A stretch of DNA of 64,000 bases from a bacterium (GCA_037135275.1 JBAXKQ010000001.1:1172-65171), one strand, 5' to 3'. Counted from the stretch's first letter, positions 27,967 through 37,766 are shown. A program made the numbers and translations. The notes: generated by a model not told the origin, from the letters alone.

Positions 27967-28897
27967 CAGTCCGGCGACCCTTGAACTTGTTCAGTACAAG
28001 CCCCAATAGCGAGTTAAGCGGGGAGACGATAACAAACGCCAGAACAAGTTCCAGAAAAAATGCGCCCAGCAGGACTTTCCTGAGCCTCGGACGCTTCCTG
28101 ATCTGTCCAGCCCACAGGAGAAACACCCTCTTAGCACGATTCTCCAGCCGTGCCAACGAAAGATTCCTTCCGGCCCCGCCGCACTGCTGAAGAATGTCGT
28201 CGAGCTGAAGAATCCTGCCGTCCAGGAGGGCTTGTCGAATGATCCCCCCGCATGAGGAGGCGGCCTCGATATCGGCCCCGGAAACCCCGGGCGCAGGAAA
28301 GACACCCAGAAACCGGGCCTTTCTGCCGCCAAACATCCAATAGCAGATGGTGACGAGACTCACCAGATTCGGGGCCTTGTCCACCAGGACAATATTGCCC
28401 CTTATGGTCCCGCCGAGAGTCTCAACTTGTGCTTTTACCCTCTCGAAGGACTTCACCCACATGTTTCGCGCACCTATCACGGTGAGGAGGTTGGCGCCTT
28501 TGAGCAGTCGTGCCGCTGCCGGACTCTTGAGAAACGCTGTGACGGGAAGGGAAGGCGACAGGTACCAGGGTTGGAAGGCGAGTATGATCAGGTCATGCTC
28601 GCCGGGATTCACGGCGGGACCCGGCTTCAAGTCCACCGGTTCCTCCAGCACGGATTCGGGAAAGACATCAAGGAATCCGCGCAGACTCCATGGAAAGGGA
28701 TAAGCATTGACCGGCTGGATTTCGAGGTAGTCTATTGAGAATTCCTGCGTCGAAAGGGGCCGCAGCATGGAATCAAGGATCTGCTTCAGTTGCCCCGTCT
28801 GCGTGTAGTATATTACCAGTATTTTCTTCACAGCAACCAGAACCTGTGGCTTCCACAACCGCCGGATCGCCGGGACGCCCTTGCTTCGATTCTGCAT
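27926..28897 (-). CDS. flavodoxin-like fold protein, DarA-like (dialkylresorcinol-type cyclisation/aromatisation partner)
   Basis: ILVIYYTQTGQL flavodoxin-like start, 323 aa. It sits immediately upstream of the KAS III gene and overlaps it by ~40 nt. The DarA assignment is by context and my recall of the family, not by a measured alignment. Confidence 0.4.
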   Translation of the reverse strand: MQNRSKGVPAIRRLWKPQVLVAVKKILVIYYTQTGQLKQILDSMLRPLSTQEFSIDYLEIQPVNAYPFPWSLRGFLDVFPESVLEEPVDLKPGPAVNPGEHDLIILAFQPWYLSPSLPVTAFLKSPAAARLLKGANLLTVIGARNMWVKSFERVKAQVETLGGTIRGNIVLVDKAPNLVSLVTICYWMFGGRKARFLGVFPAPGVSGADIEAASSCGGIIRQALLDGRILQLDDILQQCGGAGRNLSLARLENRAKRVFLLWAGQIRKRPRLRKVLLGAFFLELVLAFVIVSPLNSLLGLVLNKFKGRRTVADGKQSIHNQAR

Positions 28898-29163
28898 ACC
28901 CCGCCCGCGCCCTGCAAATCACGCTCCAGCACCGTATGCAGCTCTCAACCCGGCAATATACTTGCCCACGACCGGCATATCCAGTTCCGATGAGGAGAAT
29001 ATCCTCTGCCCTTTGTCAACCTGACCATACTCCGCGGGATCTCTGGCGCTCCGAACGGCAATCTTGAAGAAAGTAAGAGTTCACAACCGGGCGACAAAAG
29101 GGTATCAGGTGTGTCAGGAGACTGCGGCCTTTTCGGTTTGCAGCGGGATGCGAGGAGCCGGGC

Positions 29164-29769
29164 ATGAACAAACAGAGGTCGGAATTGGTTGTCGGGGTTG
29201 ATCTTGACGGCGTTTGCGCCGATTTCTACGGCCGGATGCGGGAAATAGCCGCCGAATGGTTTGAAAAAGACATCAGGGAGCTGCCTGCAAACCCAACCTA
29301 CGGCCTCGAGGAATGGGGAGTTACCGGCCCGGACAGCTACCAGAGCCTTCACCGGTTTGCCGTCACTCAAAGGGATCTCTTCAAGACAATGACCATGATG
29401 CCCGGGGCGCGGAGGTACCTCCGCAGACTCTCCGACGACGGTTGCCGCATCAGGATCATAACACACCGGCTTTTCATTCATCATTTCCATGCGTCGGCCG
29501 TCCAGCAGACCATCGAATGGCTTGACCGCAACGGGATACCGTACTGGGACCTGTGTTTCATGAAGGATAAAGACGCGGTTGGCGCGAACGTCTACATTGA
29601 AGACGCCCCGCAGAACATCGCGGCACTGAGAGCCGGCGGCAATTACACCATCTGCTTCGCGAACAGCACAAATGTTGACGTGCGCGAGCCGCGGGCGAAG
29701 TCATGGGCGGAAGTCTACAAGCTCATCACAAAGAAGAAGGTTGAGCTCCTGGCTGCCGCCTCGAAGTAG
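29164..29769 (+). CDS. 5'(3')-deoxyribonucleotidase (HAD superfamily, NT5C family)
   Basis: [12 protein letters not shown] motif I of HAD nucleotidases, ~200 aa. Confidence 0.7.
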   Translation: MNKQRSELVVGVDLDGVCADFYGRMREIAAEWFEKDIRELPANPTYGLEEWGVTGPDSYQSLHRFAVTQRDLFKTMTMMPGARRYLRRLSDDGCRIRIITHRLFIHHFHASAVQQTIEWLDRNGIPYWDLCFMKDKDAVGANVYIEDAPQNIAALRAGGNYTICFANSTNVDVREPRAKSWAEVYKLITKKKVELLAAASK

Positions 29770-29854
29770 AATCAACGCGCCTGCGCCCGGAGAAAACCCG
29801 ACGGGCCGGAAGCAGGTAAGACAGGAACGGCGTCAGGCGCGGCCGCAGAATGCG

Positions 29855-30217
29855 CTACTGAACTTTTCTGCAGACGATCTCATACCCGTCAATGGTGGTC
29901 ATGTACAGCTTGTCGGGCATCAGCCTGTACTCGTATTCGTCGCTGTAGGCCTTGGACTTCATCGAGATGACAAGCTTCGTACCCTCGGTGTGCCAGATGC
30001 CGCTCTCGGTGGTGCTGGCACCCTTGGTGTTCAGCATGACGAGCGAGCCGTCGGCATTGAATGTTACGTGGAAATAGGGAAAGTAGGTGGGATTCTCTTC
30101 GCGCCATGATCCGACAAGGTTAGAGTCGCAACCCCACAGGACTTCGTCCCCGTTGTCGCAGCCCCATACGCAGCAAAGGGCCGATATGATCGCAATCGCC
30201 GCCACAAATCTCTTCAT
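29855..30217 (-). CDS. small lipoprotein, hypothetical
   Basis: MKRFVAAIAIISALCCVWGCDNG has a signal peptide plus lipobox. The start is placed at the internal Met. Confidence 0.5.
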   Translation of the reverse strand: MKRFVAAIAIISALCCVWGCDNGDEVLWGCDSNLVGSWREENPTYFPYFHVTFNADGSLVMLNTKGASTTESGIWHTEGTKLVISMKSKAYSDEYEYRLMPDKLYMTTIDGYEIVCRKVQ

Positions 30218-30349
30218 GCGGGCACCCTCTCCATTTGCACACGCCGTAACAAGAACCAGTCCCCAAGTGTCGAACAGCCTACAGGCCATGAGCCGACGCT
30301 GTCAAACAAAAGAATTGGACGGTGCGCCGGCGAATGGCAGGGCCCCAAA

Positions 30350-31162
30350 TCATGGACGTTTCAGGCCCATGACCCTGTGCTTGAGCACCGGAATCCGGCT
30401 GCGCGTTGCACCCAGCAGCCCTGGATCCAGCTCCGTCGTCAGGACGCTTTCGCTCCGCCGTGCCTCGCAAAGCACCTCGCCCCACGGCCCCACCACCATG
30501 CTGTGGCCGTAGCTGGACACCCCGCTGGCCTCGTTCCTGCCGCACTGGTTCGGCGCCACCACAAAACACTGATTCTCAATGGCGCGCGCCCTCACCAGGA
30601 CCTTCCAGTGATCCCGCCCGGTCCGTTGGGTGAAGTTCGACGGCACGAACATCAGCGCGGCGCCGCTCGCGGCGTAGCGCCTGAACAGCTCCGGAAAACG
30701 GAGGTCGTAGCAGATCGCGAGCCCGACCGGCCACCCCTCGATATCCGTCATCACCGGAGTCCGGCCCGCCGAGTACACATCGGTCTCCCTGACGTGCGTC
30801 CCGTCGTCGAGCCTCGCATCAAAGAGGTGCATCTTCCTGTACGTCGCCGCGATGCGCCCCCGCCGGTCGATCAACACGCACGTGTTGTACGTCCGGCCCC
30901 GCGCTCTTTCGATAATGCTGCCTGCCAGAATCCACGCCGCTTTCCGCCTCGCCAGGCCACACAACCCGCGGATGAGCGGACCATCCAGCGGCTCGGCGGC
31001 CGCCAGGTAGTCGACTGTCCCGCCCCTGACAGAAAACACTTCCGGCAGGGCAATGATGTCGGCGGACCTTACGCCGGATACCACCTTCTCAAGCCGCCGC
31101 ATATTCCGCACGCTGTCCAGGCCCGCGGCTACCTGTACGACTGCAACCCTGAGCTTCTTCAT
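30350..31162 (-). CDS. carbon-nitrogen hydrolase (nitrilase superfamily amidohydrolase)
   Basis: E-K-C triad context: IIALPEVF, RKMHLFD, LAICYDLRFPE. Confidence 0.85.
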   Translation of the reverse strand: MKKLRVAVVQVAAGLDSVRNMRRLEKVVSGVRSADIIALPEVFSVRGGTVDYLAAAEPLDGPLIRGLCGLARRKAAWILAGSIIERARGRTYNTCVLIDRRGRIAATYRKMHLFDARLDDGTHVRETDVYSAGRTPVMTDIEGWPVGLAICYDLRFPELFRRYAASGAALMFVPSNFTQRTGRDHWKVLVRARAIENQCFVVAPNQCGRNEASGVSSYGHSMVVGPWGEVLCEARRSESVLTTELDPGLLGATRSRIPVLKHRVMGLKRP

Positions 31163-31165
31163 GTG

Positions 31166-32341
31166 TCACTCCAATCTTCGCCTGAACCTGGTCACGGCAA
31201 GTGTGAGTATTACGGCACCTATCGCCAGCATGGCAAGCGCATCCGGCCACAACTCCGCCCAGCCGGCCCCTTTCAGGAAGATTCCGCGCACTATCGTGAG
31301 GTAGTATTTCAAGGGAAAGATGTAGGTTGCGCAGCGGATTGCGTACGGCATGTTCTCGACGGGAAAGATGAAGCCCGATAGCAGCACGAAGGGCATCATC
31401 ACGAAGAAAGCCGCAATCAGCATGGCCTGCTGCTGCGTCCTGGCAATGGTGGAAACCAGCAATCCCAGCCCCGTCGTTGTGAGAAGAAATATCCCCGAGA
31501 GCGCGTAGATCAGCGCAACACTGCCCATGAGCGGCACATTGAAGACGTACAGCATTACCGGCAGGGCGAGCGAGATCTCCACAAACCCGATGGCAACGAA
31601 CGGCAGAAGCTTGCCGGCTATCAGCTCGCCCTCACGCAGCGGGGTAACGATGATCTGCTCCATCGTGCCATCCTCCCGCTCCTTCACAAGCGCCATCGCG
31701 CTGACGATCATCGTCGTAACAAGCAGCAGCACACCCATCACCCCCGGCACCATGTAGTACTTGGATGTGAGGCCGGGATTGTACCACACGCGCGTGGCCG
31801 CGGCCACAGCCGGCAGCTGGAGGCCGGCCATGGCGGGCGCCTGCACCTGCGCCTTTTCAATGCTCACAAGCGCGTCGAGCTGCCCTCGCGCCGCGGCGGA
31901 TGAGTACTGTCGGACCGCCTTGCCGATGTAGTTCAAACCGTGCACGGCGAAATTGCTGTCAGCGCCGTCCACCAGCACCTGAATCGGCGCCTGCTCGCCG
32001 CGGGAAACATGTGCGCCGAACCCGGGCGGAATCGACAACACCAGCCCGGCCCTTCCCGAAACGAGGGCGTCGTCGTCCTGTGCCGCGCATCCATCGAGCG
32101 ACGAGGTCTGGAAGTATCCCGAGGCGCCCAGCGCCCGCACCAGCTCACGGCTGTAGAATGAGCGGTCGCCATCCCGTATCGCCAGGGATATGTTGTTCAC
32201 CTCCGTTGTGGCCGCATAGCCGAGCACGATGAGCTGGATGAACGGCGCCACGACAAGGATGCCGAACAACCGCTTGTCCCTCAGCGTCTGGGTCATCTCC
32301 TTCCGGAGCAGGCAGCCTATCCTGTGAAGTGACGCTCTCAA
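31166..32341 (-). CDS. ABC-2 transporter permease (YbhR/YbhS-like)
   Basis: N-terminal TM, a large periplasmic domain, and a C-terminal 5-TM ABC-2 core. Confidence 0.8.
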   Translation of the reverse strand: MRASLHRIGCLLRKEMTQTLRDKRLFGILVVAPFIQLIVLGYAATTEVNNISLAIRDGDRSFYSRELVRALGASGYFQTSSLDGCAAQDDDALVSGRAGLVLSIPPGFGAHVSRGEQAPIQVLVDGADSNFAVHGLNYIGKAVRQYSSAAARGQLDALVSIEKAQVQAPAMAGLQLPAVAAATRVWYNPGLTSKYYMVPGVMGVLLLVTTMIVSAMALVKEREDGTMEQIIVTPLREGELIAGKLLPFVAIGFVEISLALPVMLYVFNVPLMGSVALIYALSGIFLLTTTGLGLLVSTIARTQQQAMLIAAFFVMMPFVLLSGFIFPVENMPYAIRCATYIFPLKYYLTIVRGIFLKGAGWAELWPDALAMLAIGAVILTLAVTRFRRRLE

Positions 32342-32345
32342 CCGG

Positions 32346-33470
32346 TTACACCGCCTTTCGCGTGGTTCTCACGGCAAGCAAAGTGAAGATCATGCCAAGC
32401 AGCAGCATGCACGCAAAGTCGCGCCACACAACCGCAAACGAAGCGCCCTTGAGGATAATCTCCCTCAGCGCCGACACGAAATACCGCGGCACAACAATGT
32501 ACGTTACCACCTGGATCGGGGCCGGCATGTTGTGTATCGGGAAAATCAGGCCCGACAGGATGATCGAGGGGAGCAGCGACGTGATCACGGCCACCGTGAA
32601 CGCCGTCTGCTGCGACCGCGTGATCGACGAGATCAGTATCCCCCAGCTCAGGGCGGCAAAAAGGAATACCAGCGTCGTGAATGCCAGCAGCAGGTACGAT
32701 CCCTGTACGCGGATGTCGAACAGGATCCGGCCTACCACGAGAATGAGAATCATGGTGAGGAATCCGATCACCACGTAGGGCAACGTCTTTCCAAGGACCA
32801 GCTCAGCCGGCCGCACGGGCGAGACCATCATCTGTTCAATGGTCTCCTGCTCCTTCTCCCGTACAATAGAAAGGCAGGTTGTGATGGCGGCCGACAGCAT
32901 CAGCAGCATGGCAATCAGCCCCGGCACCAGAAACTTGGCGCTGTTGAGTTCCGGGTTGAACCAGATCCGCGGTTCCGTCACGACAACAGGCAGCGACAAC
33001 GAAGCGCCCGCCCGCCGGAGAGCCTCCACCCGGACCCTGCGCGTGGTGCGGTCAACCAGCGCCTCAAGGTACCCGGCTGCGGCCGATGCCGCGTTCGCCT
33101 CGGCGCCGTCCACCAGGAACTGCACCTCAGCCGTCTCGCCGCGGGCCAGCTTCGCCGCGTACCCGGCCGGCACCACGAGAACTGCGCGCGCCTCGCCGCG
33201 GCAGAGAATGTCGTCAGCTTCGGACGGACGCGAGAGCTCATGCACCCGGTCGAAATACGGGTTCTGGAACAGGCCGTCGAGAAGGACCCGGCTCTCCTGC
33301 GTGCGGTCCCCGTCCAGTACCGCAACCGGAATGTGTTTTACGTCGAAGGACAGGGCATACCCGTAGAGCACAAGCAGCAGCGCCGGGACAACGACCAGCA
33401 GGCCAAGCGACAACGGATCTCGCCCGATCTGCCGGAACTCCTTCTTCAGTATCGCGAGAAACCTTTTCAT
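32346..33470 (-). CDS. ABC-2 transporter permease (YbhS/YbhR-like), paralogue of the previous gene
   Basis: Same architecture. The two paralogues start MKRFLAILKKEFRQIGRDP and MRASLHRIGCLLRKEMTQTLRDK. Confidence 0.8.
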   Translation of the reverse strand: MKRFLAILKKEFRQIGRDPLSLGLLVVVPALLLVLYGYALSFDVKHIPVAVLDGDRTQESRVLLDGLFQNPYFDRVHELSRPSEADDILCRGEARAVLVVPAGYAAKLARGETAEVQFLVDGAEANAASAAAGYLEALVDRTTRRVRVEALRRAGASLSLPVVVTEPRIWFNPELNSAKFLVPGLIAMLLMLSAAITTCLSIVREKEQETIEQMMVSPVRPAELVLGKTLPYVVIGFLTMILILVVGRILFDIRVQGSYLLLAFTTLVFLFAALSWGILISSITRSQQTAFTVAVITSLLPSIILSGLIFPIHNMPAPIQVVTYIVVPRYFVSALREIILKGASFAVVWRDFACMLLLGMIFTLLAVRTTRKAV

Positions 33471-34453
33471 GTCATTGCCCGCCCTGCCACGTCAGGGCCC
33501 GCGGCCGGTTGCTGAACCATTCGAACAAAGGCGTCTTCAAGGCTCACCTCAACGCGGTTGATCGATTCGACCTCAATCCCGCGGGCGGCAGCAGCCAGGC
33601 CGAGGCTCGCCTCGTCGTACGCGCCACGGCGGCAGAAGACATGCAGGCGATGCCCGAAATACGATGTCGCCATAACCCCCTCCAGCCGGTCTGTCTCCTG
33701 CTTCGCCCTGCGCAGGGACGGGCTGGCTAGTTCAAACAGGTCACCGTCAACCGCCTTGCTCCTGATGCCAGCGGGTGTGTCGAGGGCAACCATCCGGCCG
33801 GCGTTGATCAGGCCGATCCGGCTGCAGAACTCCGCCTCGTCCATGAAGTGAGTGGTGACGAGGGCCGTGACACCGCGCGACACCATGTTCTGGATCAGGT
33901 CCCAGAAGCGCCGCCTTGATATGGGGTCCACTCCGCTGGTTGGTTCGTCGAGGAAGAGTATCGACGGCTCGTGAAGGATCGCGCATCCCAGGGCGAGGCT
34001 CTGCTGGGTTGCGCCTGACAGGAGCCCTGTCAGCCGGTCCTCCATGCCGCCCAGGCCGGCCATGGCGATGACGGCCCCGGTCCTCTCACGCAGGCGCGCA
34101 CCCTCCAGGCCGTAAACGCCGCCGAAGAAGGCAATGTTCTCCCTGACCGTGAGGTCCCTGTAAAGACTGAATCGTTGCGACATGTAACCAAGGTTCTGCC
34201 GCACTTTCGCCGGCTCGCGGTTGATGTCGAAGCCTCCGACCGATGCAGTGCCGGAAGTGGATTCAAGCAGCCCGCACAGCATGCGGATGGCAGTGGATTT
34301 CCCGGCGCCATTCGGCCCGAGCAGCCCGAATATCTCGCCCTTCGCAACGCTGAAGGCCAGGCGATCCACGGCGGTGAAGCGGCCGAACCTCTTGGTCAGC
34401 ATGTCGGCGCATATGGCTGTGTTGTTGCCGTTGGACTGCACTGGTTCTTCCAT
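33467..34453 (-). CDS. ABC transporter ATP-binding protein (YbhF-like)
   Basis: GPNGAGKST, LSGATQQSLALGCA, LFLDEPTSGVD. Confidence 0.85.
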   Translation of the reverse strand: MEEPVQSNGNNTAICADMLTKRFGRFTAVDRLAFSVAKGEIFGLLGPNGAGKSTAIRMLCGLLESTSGTASVGGFDINREPAKVRQNLGYMSQRFSLYRDLTVRENIAFFGGVYGLEGARLRERTGAVIAMAGLGGMEDRLTGLLSGATQQSLALGCAILHEPSILFLDEPTSGVDPISRRRFWDLIQNMVSRGVTALVTTHFMDEAEFCSRIGLINAGRMVALDTPAGIRSKAVDGDLFELASPSLRRAKQETDRLEGVMATSYFGHRLHVFCRRGAYDEASLGLAAAARGIEVESINRVEVSLEDAFVRMVQQPAAGPDVAGRAMT

Positions 34454-34476
34454 TCCACACCTTTCCAGGGGCCCGG

Positions 34477-35802
34477 TCAGAGTTTGCTTCCAGGCACGAC
34501 GGTCTGTCCCGCCGCATGCGTCAGGGCCGCGCGAGCGAGCGCAAGGTCCGCTTGCGCAACCGCCGACTCGTTCTGCGCATCGGTCAACCGCGCGTGGGCG
34601 TCAAGCACATCAGAGTTCCGGACAATGCCGTTCTTCCAGAGCTCTGTGGCCGATTCCAGGTTGAGTTCTGCGCTCTTCCGCGCCCGGGCTGAAAGCTGGA
34701 CCCGCTCAAGCGCGTCCCTGAGCGCGATGAGCGACTCCTTGACATCGAGCGTCACCTGCTCCTCCTGCTGCCGGCGGCGCAACTCCGCCTGGGCGGCCCT
34801 GGCGTCGGCCTCCTCCGCCTTCGCCCGCGCGAGGCCCCAGTCGAGGAGATTCCAGGCGACCGTCACGCCGGCAAAAGCGTCGCCCTTCCATTCTTCGGCA
34901 GGCGGGATATAGAGCATGTTCGGGTTGGCATATTCGTAGCGCGCGGCGAGATATACCTGCGGCTGGAGCGCACCGCGCGCTGCCCGGGCTGTTTCCACGG
35001 CGGCGTCCAGCTCCCTGCCGCGTGCGGCGCATTCCGGCCGGTTCGTCAGCGCCGTGTCGCGCAGCAGTTTCTCGTCCGGCGCTTCACCTGCAACGTCCGC
35101 CGCAATGGGCTCCGGAACGGCGTTCGTGGCCAGCTCAATGCCGGTGAGACGCCATATCTGCGCCCGCGCGTACTCCGCCTGCCGCTGCACCTGCTCGAGC
35201 GCCAGGCGTGTCCGGTCGACCAGCACATCGGTCGCCAGCGCATCGTTGTCAGTCACCAGCCCGGCTTCCCGCATGTTGTGGATATCCGCGGCGTGGGCGG
35301 TCATGCGCCGGACCGCGGCTTCGAGCACATCGCGGGCGCGGTACGCCTTGGCCCAGTTCCAGTAGGCCGACAGCGCCTGCAGGACCACATCGGCGCGGAC
35401 ACCGTCGCGGGCCGCGACGACTGCCTGCTCCTGGAGGCCGGCGGACCGCCTCAGGCCGGCAAGGCGATTCCCGGTGTAGACCGGCTGCAGGAGCGACACC
35501 GCGGCGCCGTACCGCTGTTCGATCGCGGGGATCACAATCATGCCGAGCTGGACGTCCTCCAGGCCCTCGTAGCGCATGGCCCGAGCCTCCAGGTCCAGCG
35601 ATGGAAGGCCATACGCCGTCGCCTGCCTCCCCCTCGCCCTGGCGGCCCTGACTTCCTGGTCGGCTGTGCCGATGGCAAGGCTGTGGCCGACAGCGGCTTT
35701 CACGATCATATCGCTGCCCACAGCCGGAGGTTCATCGGCCGGAACGGCTGTGCCCGGCACAAAGTGGAGCAGGATAAGCGTCAGGACAAGGCGCAGTTTC
35801 AT
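34477..35802 (-). CDS. TolC-family outer-membrane efflux protein
   Basis: It has a signal peptide and two repeats of the coiled-coil/β-strand TolC pattern. It is Ala/Arg-rich with helical repeats. 441 aa. Confidence 0.75.
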   Translation of the reverse strand: MKLRLVLTLILLHFVPGTAVPADEPPAVGSDMIVKAAVGHSLAIGTADQEVRAARARGRQATAYGLPSLDLEARAMRYEGLEDVQLGMIVIPAIEQRYGAAVSLLQPVYTGNRLAGLRRSAGLQEQAVVAARDGVRADVVLQALSAYWNWAKAYRARDVLEAAVRRMTAHAADIHNMREAGLVTDNDALATDVLVDRTRLALEQVQRQAEYARAQIWRLTGIELATNAVPEPIAADVAGEAPDEKLLRDTALTNRPECAARGRELDAAVETARAARGALQPQVYLAARYEYANPNMLYIPPAEEWKGDAFAGVTVAWNLLDWGLARAKAEEADARAAQAELRRRQQEEQVTLDVKESLIALRDALERVQLSARARKSAELNLESATELWKNGIVRNSDVLDAHARLTDAQNESAVAQADLALARAALTHAAGQTVVPGSKL

Positions 35803-36749
35803 TTTCTATCTCCCGTTGGTTCCCTCGAACTCACAAGGCCGATCAGTGCGTCTTCCAGGGAGGGCTTCACCTCGAGCAGGGAGGCCGGCCCCATGCCGCG
35901 ACTCTCAAGCATGGCTACAGCCTCCATAGCCTCCGGCCGGCCGTTCTGGCTCCACATGTGGAGGCGACTGCCGTAGAGCACAAGGCGCTCCGGCGACCAT
36001 CTAGCGCGCAGGATGGAGTACGCCGCCGCCGGCGATGCGCACTGGATATTGTAGATGCAGCCGGGCAATGCCGCCTTCACCTCGGCTGGCGTACCGGACA
36101 TGAGCGTGTGCCCGCGATTGATGAGACTGATCCTGTGGCACCGCTCCACCTCGTCCAGGTAGGGCGACGTCATGAAGATCGTCACTCCCTGCTCAAGAAT
36201 ATCGCTCAGGATGTTCCAGAACTCACCCCTCGAAACGGGGTCGACACCGGTTGACGGCTCATCAAGGAAAACGAGATCCGGGGTGTGCACGAGAGTGCAG
36301 GCCAGCGCGAGTTTCTTCTTCATGCCACCAGACAATGCGCGGGCCAGGCGAGTCCTGAATGGGGTCAGCCTCGTGAAATCGAGCAATTCATTCCTCCGCG
36401 AGCGGAGATCGGCGACCCCGTGGATATCGGCAAAGAACTCGATATTCTCGTCGACAGTGAGGTCTCCGTAGAGCGTGAAGTTCTGGGAGAGGTAGCCGAT
36501 CCGGCCCTTGATCTTTTCAGGTTCGCGGGCAAGGTCGTGGCCAAGAACCATGCCCTCGCCGGACGTAGGTTTGAGAATGCCGCAGAGCAGGCGGATGGCT
36601 GTGCTCTTGCCCGCCCCGTCCGGACCGACAAGCCCGAACATCTCGCCCTTGCGCACATCAAGATCCAGCACAGACACCGCCGCCGTCTCGCCAAACAGCC
36701 GGGCAAGGCCCCTGGTGCGGACCACAAGTTTGTCAGGTTCCATTCTCAT
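35799..36749 (-). CDS. ABC transporter ATP-binding protein (YbhF-like)
   Basis: GPDGAGKST, LSGGMKKKLALACT, VFLDEPSTGVD. Confidence 0.85.
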   Translation of the reverse strand: MRMEPDKLVVRTRGLARLFGETAAVSVLDLDVRKGEMFGLVGPDGAGKSTAIRLLCGILKPTSGEGMVLGHDLAREPEKIKGRIGYLSQNFTLYGDLTVDENIEFFADIHGVADLRSRRNELLDFTRLTPFRTRLARALSGGMKKKLALACTLVHTPDLVFLDEPSTGVDPVSRGEFWNILSDILEQGVTIFMTSPYLDEVERCHRISLINRGHTLMSGTPAEVKAALPGCIYNIQCASPAAAYSILRARWSPERLVLYGSRLHMWSQNGRPEAMEAVAMLESRGMGPASLLEVKPSLEDALIGLVSSREPTGDRK

Positions 36750-36774
36750 CGGGTAGCAGCAGTGTTACAGGCAG

Positions 36775-37734
36775 TCAGGGGACATCGAGGTAGCCATCAG
36801 CAGGCATGCCGGGCTTGAACACTCCATCGGGATTGCGAAGAGCGATCTTGACCCGGTAAACCAGCTTGCTCCGTTCTTCCGACGTCTGCACGTTTTTCGG
36901 AGTGAACTCGGCTTCCTGCGAAACGAAGCTCACCACGCCCTTGAACACCGTGTCAACCCCGTCGATCCGCACGCTTGCGGGACTGCCCAGTCTTGCCTTT
37001 GCGATCCTGTTCTCCGGCACGTAGATTGAAAGCCAAACATCGTCCAGCCTGGAAATCGTGACAATGGCGGTCCCTGGCCCTGCGAACTCGCCCTCTTCCC
37101 TGCTGCGCGTGGTTACAACACCGTCTGCCGGGGCCACAACGACGCAATCGGCCACGGCCTTGTCGACCATGGCGAGGCGCGCACCGGTCTGGTCGACCAT
37201 TGCCTGGGCCGCGCGAATTTCTTCCCTGCGGCTGCCGTGCAGAAGCCTTGCCAGCGTCTGCTCGGCGCCGGACAGCATGGCGGCGGTCCGCTCTGCTTGC
37301 GCCTGAGCGTCATCGAGCTGTTTGCGCGGAATGCTGTTCTTCTTGAACAACTCCTCCATCCGGCCGAGATCCGTTTTTGCAGCACCGGCCACGGCCTGTG
37401 CCTCGCGCACCTGTTCCCTGGCACGCTGCACGTCCTCCTCCCTCGTCCCGGCAACCAGGAGATCAAGCTGGGCCTGGGCGCCGGCCAGCATCGCCCCGGC
37501 CTCTCGCCGCCTGAGTTCAAAGTCGGTCGGATCGATCGTGGCTACCTGATCACCCTTCCTGACCGCCGCCCCTTCCTGCGGCACAATCTTCACAATGCGA
37601 CCGGCTACCTGCGGCGAAACAACAACCTGTGTGCACTCGATGGTGCCCGAGCCGTCCGGCCCGGCGCTGCGCCGACCGCAGCCGGCAAGAATCACGACAA
37701 CAAGCACACACGCTGCCGGAGCTGCGATTCTCAT
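36775..37734 (-). CDS. HlyD-family periplasmic adaptor (membrane fusion protein, YbhG-like), lipoprotein
   Basis: It has a lipobox (ILAGC), a biotinyl-lipoyl-like β-region, and a long coiled coil (Gln/Ala/Arg-rich). Confidence 0.8.
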   Translation of the reverse strand: MRIAAPAACVLVVVILAGCGRRSAGPDGSGTIECTQVVVSPQVAGRIVKIVPQEGAAVRKGDQVATIDPTDFELRRREAGAMLAGAQAQLDLLVAGTREEDVQRAREQVREAQAVAGAAKTDLGRMEELFKKNSIPRKQLDDAQAQAERTAAMLSGAEQTLARLLHGSRREEIRAAQAMVDQTGARLAMVDKAVADCVVVAPADGVVTTRSREEGEFAGPGTAIVTISRLDDVWLSIYVPENRIAKARLGSPASVRIDGVDTVFKGVVSFVSQEAEFTPKNVQTSEERSKLVYRVKIALRNPDGVFKPGMPADGYLDVP

Positions 37735-37766
37735 CGTTCATCCCTCCCCACGACGTCACTGTGCGA

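Noticed and set aside
27010-27984. 324-aa plus-strand ORF antisense to the KAS-III gene
   Set aside because: There is no thiolase or any other signature. The sense gene has a conserved active-site context.
30377-31381. 334-aa plus-strand ORF antisense to the nitrilase gene
   Set aside because: His/Arg/Pro-rich junk translation. The sense gene has the E-K-C triad.
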